Shown here piece by piece: positions 41,074-50,073 of a stretch of 64,000 nucleotides of DNA (position 1 is its first letter; each line of letters opens with the position of its first letter). The notes beneath the pieces were generated by a model. It made no database searches and was not told the DNA's origin. It saw only the letters and a program-made list of their open reading frames with translations. The translations under genes were made by a program, and so were the position numbers. The DNA comes from Candidatus Spongiisociaceae bacterium (GTDB lineage Bacteria; Actinomycetota; Acidimicrobiia; Spongiisociales; Spongiisociaceae): assembly GCA_965219685.1 (NCBI GenBank), contig CBDCOH010000002.1, forward strand, positions 2,208,001 through 2,272,000, written 5' to 3'.

Positions 41074-42357
41074 TCACTCCCACAAGAGGGAGATCGGGGC
41101 GGCCCATATGCGATCGCTGATCTCGATGACCGGGGAGCCGGAGTAGAGGATCACACCAAGGTCGAACTTGGGGAACCACCTCCGTTGGTCGGCGTCCATC
41201 CGGTCGCGCAACCACTGCAGATGACGGGCGTCACGGCGGGTGACGGCACTCGACGCCTTGACCTCGACTGCGATCAGGCTGCGGTCACGGCGGTTCTCCA
41301 CCAACAGGTCGACCTCTCGTTTCGCTTGGTCCCGGTAGTGGTAGAGGGCGTAGTCGTGGCCGGATGCGTCCCGCTGAGCCCGTAGTTGCGACACGACGAA
41401 GGTCTCCATGAGGTTCCCGACGAGCTTGGAGTCGGCACGCACGTCTTCAGGGCCCACCCCCAGCATCGCGGCCCACATTCCCGCATCGTTGACGAACCGC
41501 TTTGACCGCTTACCGATACGGCTCGAGATCGTCCGATGCCAAGCCGGAACCTGTGAGACCACGTACGAGTTGTGCAGAGCCTGTTCGTACTTCTCGGCCG
41601 AGACCCGCGAGATGTCGGAGCGCTCTGCCAGCGTGGTCTGGTTGATCATCTCCGACGAGTTGGCAGCGTACACGTACAGGAAGTCGAGCATCTTCCGATG
41701 GTCGATGCGTCCGGTCGCGGCGTCCAGCCGCACGATGTCGCGCAGGGCGCCTTCCATCTGCTTCCGCCGGCGCGGGTGGTCCGCGACCCTCAGGTAGGCC
41801 GGATAGCCGCCCTCCAAGGCTATGTCGATGTAGTCGTACAGGCCGAGTGTTCGGGCCGGCGCGGAGGCCCGACGAATATCGGCGAGCCGATCCACGAAGG
41901 AGTGGAGCGGATTGCGGCGCTTCTCCGCCACCGTCAGCGGATGCATCTCCAGGGTGACCCCGCGGTGCACGAGCGGCCATTGATTGCTGTCATCGCGATC
42001 GTTCGGACGGATACGAGAAGAGCCGGCGATGACGAACCCCTTCATCGAGTCCTGATCGACCAGCTTCTTCACCACCCAGAGCACATCCGGGACCTGCTGC
42101 CATTCGTCGAGCAGGACGGGCTTCTTCGCGCCCCGCAAGGCAGCCTCCATGTCCAGCACGAACGCCGAGCGCTGTTGAGGCTGCGACAGGTCGATTGCGG
42201 ATTCGACCACCCGCAGGGCGGTGGTCGTCTTGCCGACGCCGCGCGGTCCGGTGATCACTACCGCCGGCCAGGTATCTAGTTCGGCGCGAAGCCTCGCGTC
42301 GATGCGCCTCGGCAGGTAGCCGGAAGGACCGGAGCGATCAGAGTGACGGCGGCGCAT
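41074..42357 (-). CDS. AAA_14/DUF4143 ATPase-nuclease
   Basis: GPRGVGKTT, LDEWQ, AGS, GGYP, EVDLLVE...AVEVK. Confidence 0.9.
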   Translation of the reverse strand: MRRRHSDRSGPSGYLPRRIDARLRAELDTWPAVVITGPRGVGKTTTALRVVESAIDLSQPQQRSAFVLDMEAALRGAKKPVLLDEWQQVPDVLWVVKKLVDQDSMKGFVIAGSSRIRPNDRDDSNQWPLVHRGVTLEMHPLTVAEKRRNPLHSFVDRLADIRRASAPARTLGLYDYIDIALEGGYPAYLRVADHPRRRKQMEGALRDIVRLDAATGRIDHRKMLDFLYVYAANSSEMINQTTLAERSDISRVSAEKYEQALHNSYVVSQVPAWHRTISSRIGKRSKRFVNDAGMWAAMLGVGPEDVRADSKLVGNLMETFVVSQLRAQRDASGHDYALYHYRDQAKREVDLLVENRRDRSLIAVEVKASSAVTRRDARHLQWLRDRMDADQRRWFPKFDLGVILYSGSPVIEISDRIWAAPISLLWE

Positions 42358-42425
42358 GTGGCTTCTCTCTTCCCGGGGCAGATGCAGAGACGACGAGACC
42401 CGATTCTCAGCAGGACGACATCCTG

Positions 42426-42494
42426 ATCGTATACAGATCGGACCTGATAACCTAGGCAGATTGAACTATCTATCGTATGCAGATTGTCGCGTCG
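42426..42494 (-). repeat. 23-bp-period direct repeat array (3 clear units) upstream of an AAA_14/DUF4143 gene
   Basis: ATCGTATACAGATCG 42426, AACCTAGGCAGATTG 42449, ATCGTATGCAGATTG 42472. Confidence 0.8.
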
Positions 42495-42694
42495 AGAGAT
42501 CGCCAGGCTGCCAGGAGACCCAGACCTGAGTCCCGGGTCCGGATGATCCCGGAAAGCCGCTGCGAGGCGACCAATAGCAAACCACGTCCGGCTTCATCGG
42601 AGATCCGACCTCCCGCAGTGTCGAGGGCGGCTACGCGTTTGAAGGGGCCACGGATGCCGATGACCCGGGTCCGGTTGACAGCGAGGATCAGCGG

Positions 42695-43450
42695 CTAAGG
42701 GGAACGGCGTTTCCGCCTTGTCGGAGACCTCGGGATCGGTGACGAGATGTAGTCCGCGTCACCGGTCTGGTAGATCGTGGCGGGACGTCCTCCTCCCGCG
42801 CTCGGATCGGTGCGGCCGCCGGTTGAGCGGAGATAACCGGGAGTCCTGGTGACTTTGCGGTGGAAGTTGGCAGGCTCGAGACGGGCATTCCACACCGCTT
42901 CGTAGACCCGGCGCAACTGGCTGATGGTGAACTCAGGTGGGCAGAACTGCGCGGCGAGCGTGGTGTATTCGAGCTTGGACCGCACGCGCTCTACCGCCTC
43001 CTTGATGATCTTGGCGTGGTCGAAGGCCAACTCCAGAGCGTCGGCTTCGACCATGACGACCGGAAACAGATCCGCGTCGGCGGCGTCTCCGCCTCCCCGC
43101 GGTTCGGGGAGGTTGGCGAGGATGGCCCAGTAGGCAACGGTGACCACCCGCATCCGGGGATCGCGGTCGGGCGTGCCGTACGTACCGAGTTGCTCGAGAT
43201 ACGCCTGATCGGCCGCTATCCCGGTCTCCTCTTCCAATTCCCGCCGGGCTGCCGCCTTCAGATCCTCGTCGGGACGCACGAAACCGCCCGGCAGCGCCCA
43301 GCGCCCCTTGTAGGGATCCTGCCCGCGCCGGACCAGGAGGATCTGTAGTTGGTCGCCGACGATGGTGAACGTGACCACGTCGACAGTGACCGCGACCGGC
43401 GGGTACGCGTGGGGATCGTATCCGCCGGGGGCCTTTGTGTCACACCCCAT
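42695..43450 (-). CDS. nrtR: NrtR-family regulator (Nudix plus winged helix)
   Basis: VTVDVV, WALPGGFV...ARRELEEETG, DRDPR, LAFDH, FTISQLRRVYE, NFHRK, GGRPA. Confidence 0.85.
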   Translation of the reverse strand: MGCDTKAPGGYDPHAYPPVAVTVDVVTFTIVGDQLQILLVRRGQDPYKGRWALPGGFVRPDEDLKAAARRELEEETGIAADQAYLEQLGTYGTPDRDPRMRVVTVAYWAILANLPEPRGGGDAADADLFPVVMVEADALELAFDHAKIIKEAVERVRSKLEYTTLAAQFCPPEFTISQLRRVYEAVWNARLEPANFHRKVTRTPGYLRSTGGRTDPSAGGGRPATIYQTGDADYISSPIPRSPTRRKRRSP

Positions 43451-43468
43451 CCTTACAATCATACCAAG

Positions 43469-43548
43469 TTTGTGTTGACAGGATAAGAACCGGCACGGAT
43501 AGTTCTTGCCAACCGGACACTAAATAGTTATTGTCATAACGGAATAAA
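43469..43548. promoter_or_regulatory. two imperfect NrtR-box-like sites in a divergent promoter
   Basis: TTTGTGTTGACAGGATAAGAA and TTATTGTCATAACGGAATAAA. Confidence 0.45.
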
Positions 43549-43621
43549 CCTGTGCCTGCGGCGTTGTACCTGATACGGGGCCGTTTGCGCACCCGAGCCA
43601 CCCCTGACCGAAGGAGATACA

Positions 43622-45235
43622 TTGACTGACGCGACCGTTACCGAGCCCACCAAGCTCTGGTTCCTTCTCGACCGTTCGGGATCGATGAGCCGTCTGACCC
43701 AGGATGTGATCGGCGGGTTCAACACGTACATCGCAGAGCAGGCGCAGGAATCCGGAAGCGCGCACCTGACCCTCGTACAGTTCGACAGCCAGGCCCCGTT
43801 CGAGATCATCCACGACGCTGCGCTGATCGAGGATGTCCCGCCACTCACCACCAGGACCTACAGCCCACGAGGCTCCACCCCTCTGCTGGACGCCATCGGT
43901 GATCTGATCGAACACGCTGACCGGCGCATCGCCTCTCGATCCCGCAAGGAGCAGCCGGCCGAAGACCAGCTGGTCGTGATCTTCAGCGACGGGCTCGAGA
44001 ACGCCTCCCGCCGGTTCAACCGGGCGAGGGTCGCAGATCTGATCAGCATCCGGCAGGAAGCCGGTTGGGAGTTCGTGTTCATGGGCGCCAACCAGGACAG
44101 CTACCTAGAAGCCGGACGCATCGGAGTCTCCCGGGAGAGCATCTCCAACTTCACCGCCACCGAGGCGGGCACAGCGGCGGCGTTCCAGTCGATCTCGCGT
44201 GCCACCAGGGAGTACCGGGGTAAGACCAGGATCGAACGGACGAGAGACTCCGGAACCTTCTTTGGCGGAACCCGTGAGGCGGAGGCCGTGATGCGCAGGC
44301 GCGGCGAACGTGGCGGGGTCGTCCCGAGGCCGCGTCGGGGCATCCCGAACCTGGAGCAGGCATCGGTCGGTCGACCGATCACCCGCCTGGGCGTCTCCTT
44401 CTTCCCTGTTTACCTTCCCGGGAACGACCTCCCGGACATCGCTACCGGACGGAACGCTGGTCTGGTCATCGAGGAACTCCCCGCCTCGAGGGTCCCGTTC
44501 CTCGGCGTGACGAATCAGACGAACGTACCGGTGCTGATCCCCGAGGGAGAACAGCTGATAGGCGGCCTGCAGGACCGGGTGCTCAACACGAGCGTCCTAG
44601 TCCCGCCCTCCACCTCTATCGACATACCTGTGTCATGCCTCGAGCAGGGACGATGGGGAGATCGCCGCGGGTTCGAACGCGGCCATGCGTACGCGCCGCG
44701 ACGCACCCGGAGGGCGAAGAACGCGTCGGTGTTCGACTCGGTGCGCCGGGAAGGGTCTCGTCGGAGCGACCAGGCGGCCGTCTGGAACACGATCGACCGC
44801 GAACTCGCGCACCGGGGGGTTGACTCCCAGACGAGGGCCGCGCGGGACGCCGAGCGGTTCCTCCGCCGCGACCGGCAACGCGCCGAGACGATCCGACGCC
44901 TCGTGAGGCGGGGACCGTTACCGGGCCAGTGCGGCATTGCGGTGACCCACGGCAGGCGCGTGGTGGCAATAGAGGTGTTCGGCAACCACGACCTCCTCGT
45001 CCCCCACTGGGAAGGGTTGGTCCGCTCCTACCTGATCGAGCGACGGACCGCCAACGGCCATCCCTCGGCAACCAGGGTCCTGCACATCATCAGCCGTTTC
45101 GCCAAGTCGCAGGCTCTGCAGAACCGGGGACTCGGCCTGGGCACCGAACTGCATGTGAGCGGCCGCCGACTGGTGGGCCAGGCACTGGTCCACGAAGGCG
45201 CCGTCGTCCACGCGTCCGGATTCACGATCGGCTGA
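43622..45235 (+). CDS. vWA domain fused to an ARPP-1/DUF6569-like domain
   Basis: MIDAS LDRSGSM, TPLLDAIG, SDGLENAS; C-terminal GEQLIGGLQDRVLN...PVSCLEQGRW; AAGGAG RBS before TTG. Confidence 0.75.
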   Translation: MTDATVTEPTKLWFLLDRSGSMSRLTQDVIGGFNTYIAEQAQESGSAHLTLVQFDSQAPFEIIHDAALIEDVPPLTTRTYSPRGSTPLLDAIGDLIEHADRRIASRSRKEQPAEDQLVVIFSDGLENASRRFNRARVADLISIRQEAGWEFVFMGANQDSYLEAGRIGVSRESISNFTATEAGTAAAFQSISRATREYRGKTRIERTRDSGTFFGGTREAEAVMRRRGERGGVVPRPRRGIPNLEQASVGRPITRLGVSFFPVYLPGNDLPDIATGRNAGLVIEELPASRVPFLGVTNQTNVPVLIPEGEQLIGGLQDRVLNTSVLVPPSTSIDIPVSCLEQGRWGDRRGFERGHAYAPRRTRRAKNASVFDSVRREGSRRSDQAAVWNTIDRELAHRGVDSQTRAARDAERFLRRDRQRAETIRRLVRRGPLPGQCGIAVTHGRRVVAIEVFGNHDLLVPHWEGLVRSYLIERRTANGHPSATRVLHIISRFAKSQALQNRGLGLGTELHVSGRRLVGQALVHEGAVVHASGFTIG

Positions 45236-45296
45236 ACAGGAGGAACGAACCGGCGGGCGGTGGGTGAGTGCCTGGCTCACCGCTCGCCCGGAAGGA

Positions 45297-45893
45297 TCAG
45301 AAGGAAGGCGGGGAGGTGACCACCAGGAAGCGGCAGACCCCCTGACCCACGGCTGTCATCGTGTGAGGAGTCATGGCCGGGTACGTCAGCACGTCGCCGA
45401 CGGCCAACTCCACCGGATCCGAGCCCTCGAGCTCCATCCGCAGACAGCCCTCCAGAACGTATATCAACTCTTCGCCCTCATGGCCGGCGTTGACCGTACC
45501 GGCGCCGGGTTCGAACTGGACCTCGTTCGGCTCCATCAGGTGGGAGCCTCCCCGGGTCAGGAACCGGACCGATCCACCCTCCACGAGCTGGTAGGTCTCC
45601 CCTTCGCCGTGACGGACCAGGCTGATGTCCCACTGCTCCTCAGGTTGTAGAAGGCTGTGAGCAGTGGTTTCGAGAGCTTGGGCGACGTAGTGAAGAGCCA
45701 TGAGGCTAGGCATAGCCTTGCCGTTCTCAAGTTGGCTGAGGAAGGGCTGGGAGAGTCCGCAGCGGGAGGCGAGTTGCTGGAGTGTGAGTCCCTGCGCCTT
45801 GCGAAGTCTCCGGAGCGCGGCTCCCAGGGTGGCGGCCACCGCCTCCCCGTCCACCGGTCGGGCCTGCTTGCCAGGCGAGGTTTCACCAGTCAT
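45297..45893 (-). CDS. XRE-HTH/cupin regulator (PuuR-like)
   Basis: LRKAQGLTLQQLA...LSQLENGKAMPS; HEGEELIYVLEG. Confidence 0.9.
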   Translation of the reverse strand: MTGETSPGKQARPVDGEAVAATLGAALRRLRKAQGLTLQQLASRCGLSQPFLSQLENGKAMPSLMALHYVAQALETTAHSLLQPEEQWDISLVRHGEGETYQLVEGGSVRFLTRGGSHLMEPNEVQFEPGAGTVNAGHEGEELIYVLEGCLRMELEGSDPVELAVGDVLTYPAMTPHTMTAVGQGVCRFLVVTSPPSF

Positions 45894-46015
45894 AGCCCGA
45901 TGCTACCGCCCGGAAGGGCTTGTCTTGAGTCGACAGCAGGCGCGCGGACCGGGACGGTGGAGCCCTAGCGCCATCGGGTAAGCCACGAGCCTGAGATAGC
46001 GGATTCGACCAAGGC

Positions 46016-47740
46016 TCACAACCCGCCGGATAGGGCATCAATTCGCCTCACGATATGCAAGGCGATCATCGCGCTTGCTCGATCTACATCCGGACTGCGG
46101 GATTCAACTTCGGAATAGTCCAAGCTGAGATCGAGATCGGGGATCGGTTTCTCGTCGATTGTCACTGTTCGAGACCAACCTTCACCTCTGAATTCCCACT
46201 TAATAGATAGAATGATACTGAACCCTGTTTTCCCGGTGCCCGTATAATCAATCAACCTGTAGTCCTGCCTCACTTCGACCTGCTGGTCGTCATTCAGCTC
46301 GAATCCTCGTGATATAATGTGATGTTCTTTTGTATTCTCCCAGTTCCTCGGTTCCAGAAGAGCCATAGAACTGGTTTGCTGATGTCGGTAGCTAATGTAG
46401 CCGGTCTGTCCAAAGGTACGAAACAGCCCCTTCGCCATATTGCTGACTGTTAGTTCCAATCCATCAAGCAACGGACGAATAAATGTATAGAAGACGTTAT
46501 CCAGTATCTCGATACCTAAGGTATCCGGCTCCGGTCCTCTACGTCTTTCGATAAACTCCGCTATCTCCCGTTCCGTGTCTAGTCGCTGAAGTAGCCCAGC
46601 TAGATCAGCCAAAGGCACTACTTCATAGTTGCTCCGCGATTGACGTGTCGTACCTCCGTAGACAACTGCCTTCATAGAGACATTTGGAACAAGGTCCGTG
46701 ACGCGATCCAGGGAACGAGAGTAGTCCGACGTGATGGTAGAACCGGACTTGACCTCAATAGCATAGATACCGTCACCGGTTTCATAGAAGAGGTCACACT
46801 CCAAGCCCTTCGAATCACGAAAAAAGGAGAGGTTGGAGTCGTAGCTTCGATTGAAACGGTACTTGAGGGCCTCAGCCACGACCGTATTCTCGAAAAGGGC
46901 GCCGCGTAGCGGATGAGTAGCTATCTGGTCGGCGTCTTCGATACCGATTAGATAGCTAGCGAGTCCGACATCATAGAAATAGAGTTTTGGTGATCTGATC
47001 AACCTCTTACGGATATTGGCGTGAAATGGTCGTAGCTGGAAGGCTATGTAACTCCTTTCCAGAACAGTCAGCCATGCTCGTGCCGTGGTGTGCGACACTC
47101 CTGCATCCGAACCCAGCGAACTGAGGTTGAGCAATTGGCCGACCCGTCCGGCGCAGAGCCGGACGAAGAGACGGAAACTCGACAGGTTACGTATCTCGCC
47201 TAGCCGGCGAACATCGCGCTCGACGTAGGTCTCGTAGTAGTCACGGAGGCTCTGGCGCGGGTCGAGTCTTCGATCATGAATCCGGGGATAGAAACCCGAG
47301 AAGAGGATATCGTCTACCGCGTTGCTCGCGCCTGTTCTTCTTCGTTCCGATAGGGAGAACGGCAACAGACGCAGGAGTGCTGTTCGACCAGCCAACGACT
47401 GGCTGACGGAGTCGGAGAGTCGGAACTGCTCGCTGCCGGTGAGTACAAACAGACCGCTTCGACCGCTCTCGTCGGCTAGGACCTGCAGATACGATAGGAG
47501 CTTCGGTACGTACTGTATCTCGTCGATGACCGCAGCCCCGTTGAACTGCGCAAGAAAGCCCCGAGGGTCGGCCTCGGCGAAGTCCCTCACGTCGGGAGCC
47601 TCCAGATTGGCGTATTCCAGATCAGGAAAGGCCGCTCTACACAGGGTTGTCTTGCCGGACTGCCTTGGCCCCGTAACTGTCACGAAGGGATATTGTCGGA
47701 ACAGCGCGGTCAGATGACCGGTGATTTCCCTCTCGATCAT
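46016..47740 (-). CDS. AAA_14/DUF4143 ATPase-nuclease with a long C-terminal extension
   Basis: GPRQSGKTT, IDEIQ, QSLAGR, YVERD, SPKLYFYDVGL, ECDL...AIEVKS. Confidence 0.9.
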   Translation of the reverse strand: MIEREITGHLTALFRQYPFVTVTGPRQSGKTTLCRAAFPDLEYANLEAPDVRDFAEADPRGFLAQFNGAAVIDEIQYVPKLLSYLQVLADESGRSGLFVLTGSEQFRLSDSVSQSLAGRTALLRLLPFSLSERRRTGASNAVDDILFSGFYPRIHDRRLDPRQSLRDYYETYVERDVRRLGEIRNLSSFRLFVRLCAGRVGQLLNLSSLGSDAGVSHTTARAWLTVLERSYIAFQLRPFHANIRKRLIRSPKLYFYDVGLASYLIGIEDADQIATHPLRGALFENTVVAEALKYRFNRSYDSNLSFFRDSKGLECDLFYETGDGIYAIEVKSGSTITSDYSRSLDRVTDLVPNVSMKAVVYGGTTRQSRSNYEVVPLADLAGLLQRLDTEREIAEFIERRRGPEPDTLGIEILDNVFYTFIRPLLDGLELTVSNMAKGLFRTFGQTGYISYRHQQTSSMALLEPRNWENTKEHHIISRGFELNDDQQVEVRQDYRLIDYTGTGKTGFSIILSIKWEFRGEGWSRTVTIDEKPIPDLDLSLDYSEVESRSPDVDRASAMIALHIVRRIDALSGGL

Positions 47741-47760
47741 GCGTACAGGCTACCAATCCT

Positions 47761-47795
47761 GGTACACATTGCAAGTAGTACTTTCAATGTGTACC
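47761..47795. promoter_or_regulatory. 35-bp near-perfect palindrome upstream of an AAA_14/DUF4143 gene
   Basis: GGTACACATTG-C-AAGTA-G-TACTT-T-CAATGTGTACC. Confidence 0.75.
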
Positions 47796-47810
47796 AACTA
47801 GGTCGGACTG

Positions 47811-49205
47811 CTAGACGAGTCCGATCCGTCCGAGGAGATCGCGGGCGCGGGCGCGGGCTTCGGAGATCACGTCGTCCTGGTCCACCTGGGTGCACCGCCC
47901 GTCCTCGACGATCACCTGCCCAGCGACGATGTTCATCGTCACGTCGCTTCCGCGGGCGGCGTAGACCAAGGCGGTGCGGGGATCGTGAACGGGGGTCAGA
48001 TGGGCGCGGCTCGCATCCAGGACGATGACGTCCGCAAGGGTCCCGGGAACCAAGCGACCGGTGTCTAATCCGAGCGCGTCCGCCCCGCCCGCAGTGGCGA
48101 TGCGTAGTGCCTCCGCAGCTGATGACGCCCCCGGGTCGAGTTCCGCGAGCCTGTGCATGAGGACCAGCATCTTCATGTTCTCGAAGAGGTCCTGGCGGTG
48201 GCCGCAGGTCGATCCGTCGGTCCCGAGCCCGACCGTCGCTCCGGCCTGCAGCAGTTGCCGCATGGGCATCACCCCGTAGGGCACGTACTGGTTCGACATC
48301 GGGCAGTGCACCACCGCCGTCCGCGTCGATCCGATGGCCTCGATCTCCTCCCCATCCAGCCAGGTGGCGTGCGCCAGAACAGCCTCGGGACCCAGCAAGC
48401 CCTCGTTGTGCAACCAGGTTGCGGGGCGGACCCCGTATGCCTCCCGGTACACGTCGGGATCGCCCTTCGGGGCGCTCAGGTGGGTATGCCAACCCGTCCC
48501 GTACGACCGGGCCAATTCGACCGCGGCCACCAGGAGGTTCTGAGCCGTGTAGACCGCGTTTATCGGCCCGGGCCATACCGCCACCCGGGAACCCGGAGGC
48601 CGCGCCTCGAGGCATGCCTCCGTGATGTCCAACTCCTCGGTGTCGCTGAGCGGGAATGCCCTTTCCGGCAACCCCTGACGCTCGGCCAGAGGCGTGTAGC
48701 CGCCGGCCATGCCCCTCGCCACCACCCCCCTCAGCCCAACCTCCTCGATCGCACTCGCCACAGCCAGCGTGGTGTCATAGTCGGTGCGGCCGTAATGGTG
48801 GTCGAGCAGCGCAGTGGTTCCTGCCAGTGCCGCCTCCACCGCGCCCAGGTACACCGCCGCTTTCGTCTCCTCCGGGGTGATCTCCGCGGCGTAGGGCCAC
48901 ATGAACCTGCTCAGCCACTCCCAACCAGGCAGACCCTCCCCCAGCGTGCGTCCCAGCGACTGGAAGAGGTGGTTGTGGCAGTCGACCAGCCCCGGCATCA
49001 GCAACCGGCCCCGGCACGAGATCACCCGGTCGGAGCGGTACACGGACACCTCGTCCTTCGTGCCGACGGCGACGATCCGCTCCCCCGCGATTGCCACAGA
49101 CCCGGCTTCGATCACAGGGCGGGACGGATCGAGGGTGACGAGTGTGCCCGCCTCCAGCAGCAGATCGCAGTGCTCGGGTCTATCGGCTATCGACACGCCC
49201 TCCAT
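47811..49205 (-). CDS. amidohydrolase (paralog of 24251-25654)
   Basis: DCHNH, HTHLSAP, AHATW, HCPMSN, LGTDG. Confidence 0.9.
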   Translation of the reverse strand: MEGVSIADRPEHCDLLLEAGTLVTLDPSRPVIEAGSVAIAGERIVAVGTKDEVSVYRSDRVISCRGRLLMPGLVDCHNHLFQSLGRTLGEGLPGWEWLSRFMWPYAAEITPEETKAAVYLGAVEAALAGTTALLDHHYGRTDYDTTLAVASAIEEVGLRGVVARGMAGGYTPLAERQGLPERAFPLSDTEELDITEACLEARPPGSRVAVWPGPINAVYTAQNLLVAAVELARSYGTGWHTHLSAPKGDPDVYREAYGVRPATWLHNEGLLGPEAVLAHATWLDGEEIEAIGSTRTAVVHCPMSNQYVPYGVMPMRQLLQAGATVGLGTDGSTCGHRQDLFENMKMLVLMHRLAELDPGASSAAEALRIATAGGADALGLDTGRLVPGTLADVIVLDASRAHLTPVHDPRTALVYAARGSDVTMNIVAGQVIVEDGRCTQVDQDDVISEARARARDLLGRIGLV

Positions 49206-49301
49206 CGAAACGAGGTTAGTTTCTGGCCGGGTGACGGTACGGCCCGCGCCGCCGATCTACCAGCCGACTCCGTACCCGGACGGCCCTCGGTCGGGTCAGG
49301 C

Positions 49302-49469
49302 TCAGAGCTTGACGACCGCGACGATTAGAGCACCGACCGCGACACCCGTCCCGACTATCCAACGGGTCTGCTCGGCGAACCGTTTCTCCATCTCGGCGCG
49401 CAGGTCTGCGATCTCAGCCCGGATCGTTGCCAAGGCTGCACCGAGCCGGTCCTCTGTGACACTGGACAT
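49302..49469 (-). CDS. 55-aa coiled-coil plus C-terminal TM protein (DUF1640/CCDC90-like)
   Basis: MSSVTEDRLGAALATIRAEIADLRAEMEKRFAEQTRWIVGTGVAVGALIVAVVKL; AAGGGGG RBS; absent from the ORF track. Confidence 0.6.
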   Translation of the reverse strand: MSSVTEDRLGAALATIRAEIADLRAEMEKRFAEQTRWIVGTGVAVGALIVAVVKL

Positions 49470-49659
49470 GTTGCCCCCCTTCGCTGACCTGCTCCTACCC
49501 TATCCCGATGTTTAACACTATGACAACCGTTGTTGTCGTTCGTTGAATCCTGGACACCATCGGATTTGCCGGGCTAACTATCGCTAGACCAGCCCGATGC
49601 CGGGATATGAAGTTGACGGCTGCTACCCACTGGCCATTAGTGTGTACTATGTACTACAC

Positions 49660-50010
49660 ATGACTCTAGGAGCTCACATTCGAAGAGTCCGCGAGCAGCG
49701 GCGCGCCACGGACCGGTCCTTCTCGGTGCGCCAGGTCGCGCAGCGGGTCGGCATCGAGCCTTCCTACCTGAGCAAGGTCGAGCGGGAGGTGGTACCTCCC
49801 CCGTCCGAGGCCACGATCCGGCGAATCGCCCTGGAGCTGGGGGAAGACTCCGACCTGTTGCTGGCGATGGTCGGGAAGATCTCGAGCGATCTGCGGGACA
49901 TCATCGTCGACCGCCCGATGCTCTTCACAGACCTGATCCGCAATCTCAGGAAAGCCCCGGACCATGAACTCCGCCGCATCGCCCGTGAAGTCCGTGACGG
50001 CGACTGGTGA
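49660..50010 (+). CDS. XRE-family HTH regulator
   Basis: SVRQVAQRVGIEPSYLSKVER; TGTACTA direct repeat and imperfect palindrome just before the ATG. Confidence 0.85.
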   Translation: MTLGAHIRRVREQRRATDRSFSVRQVAQRVGIEPSYLSKVEREVVPPPSEATIRRIALELGEDSDLLLAMVGKISSDLRDIIVDRPMLFTDLIRNLRKAPDHELRRIAREVRDGDW

Positions 50011-50073
50011 CGTCTGGCAACGGCACGGAACAGGGCCCCCAACTGACGGATCGAAGAGAGGAAGACAACAACA

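Noticed and set aside
21518-42494. CRISPR arrays
   Set aside because: Repeat cores are only 8-13 bp and degenerate, the 23-bp period is too short, and there are no cas genes
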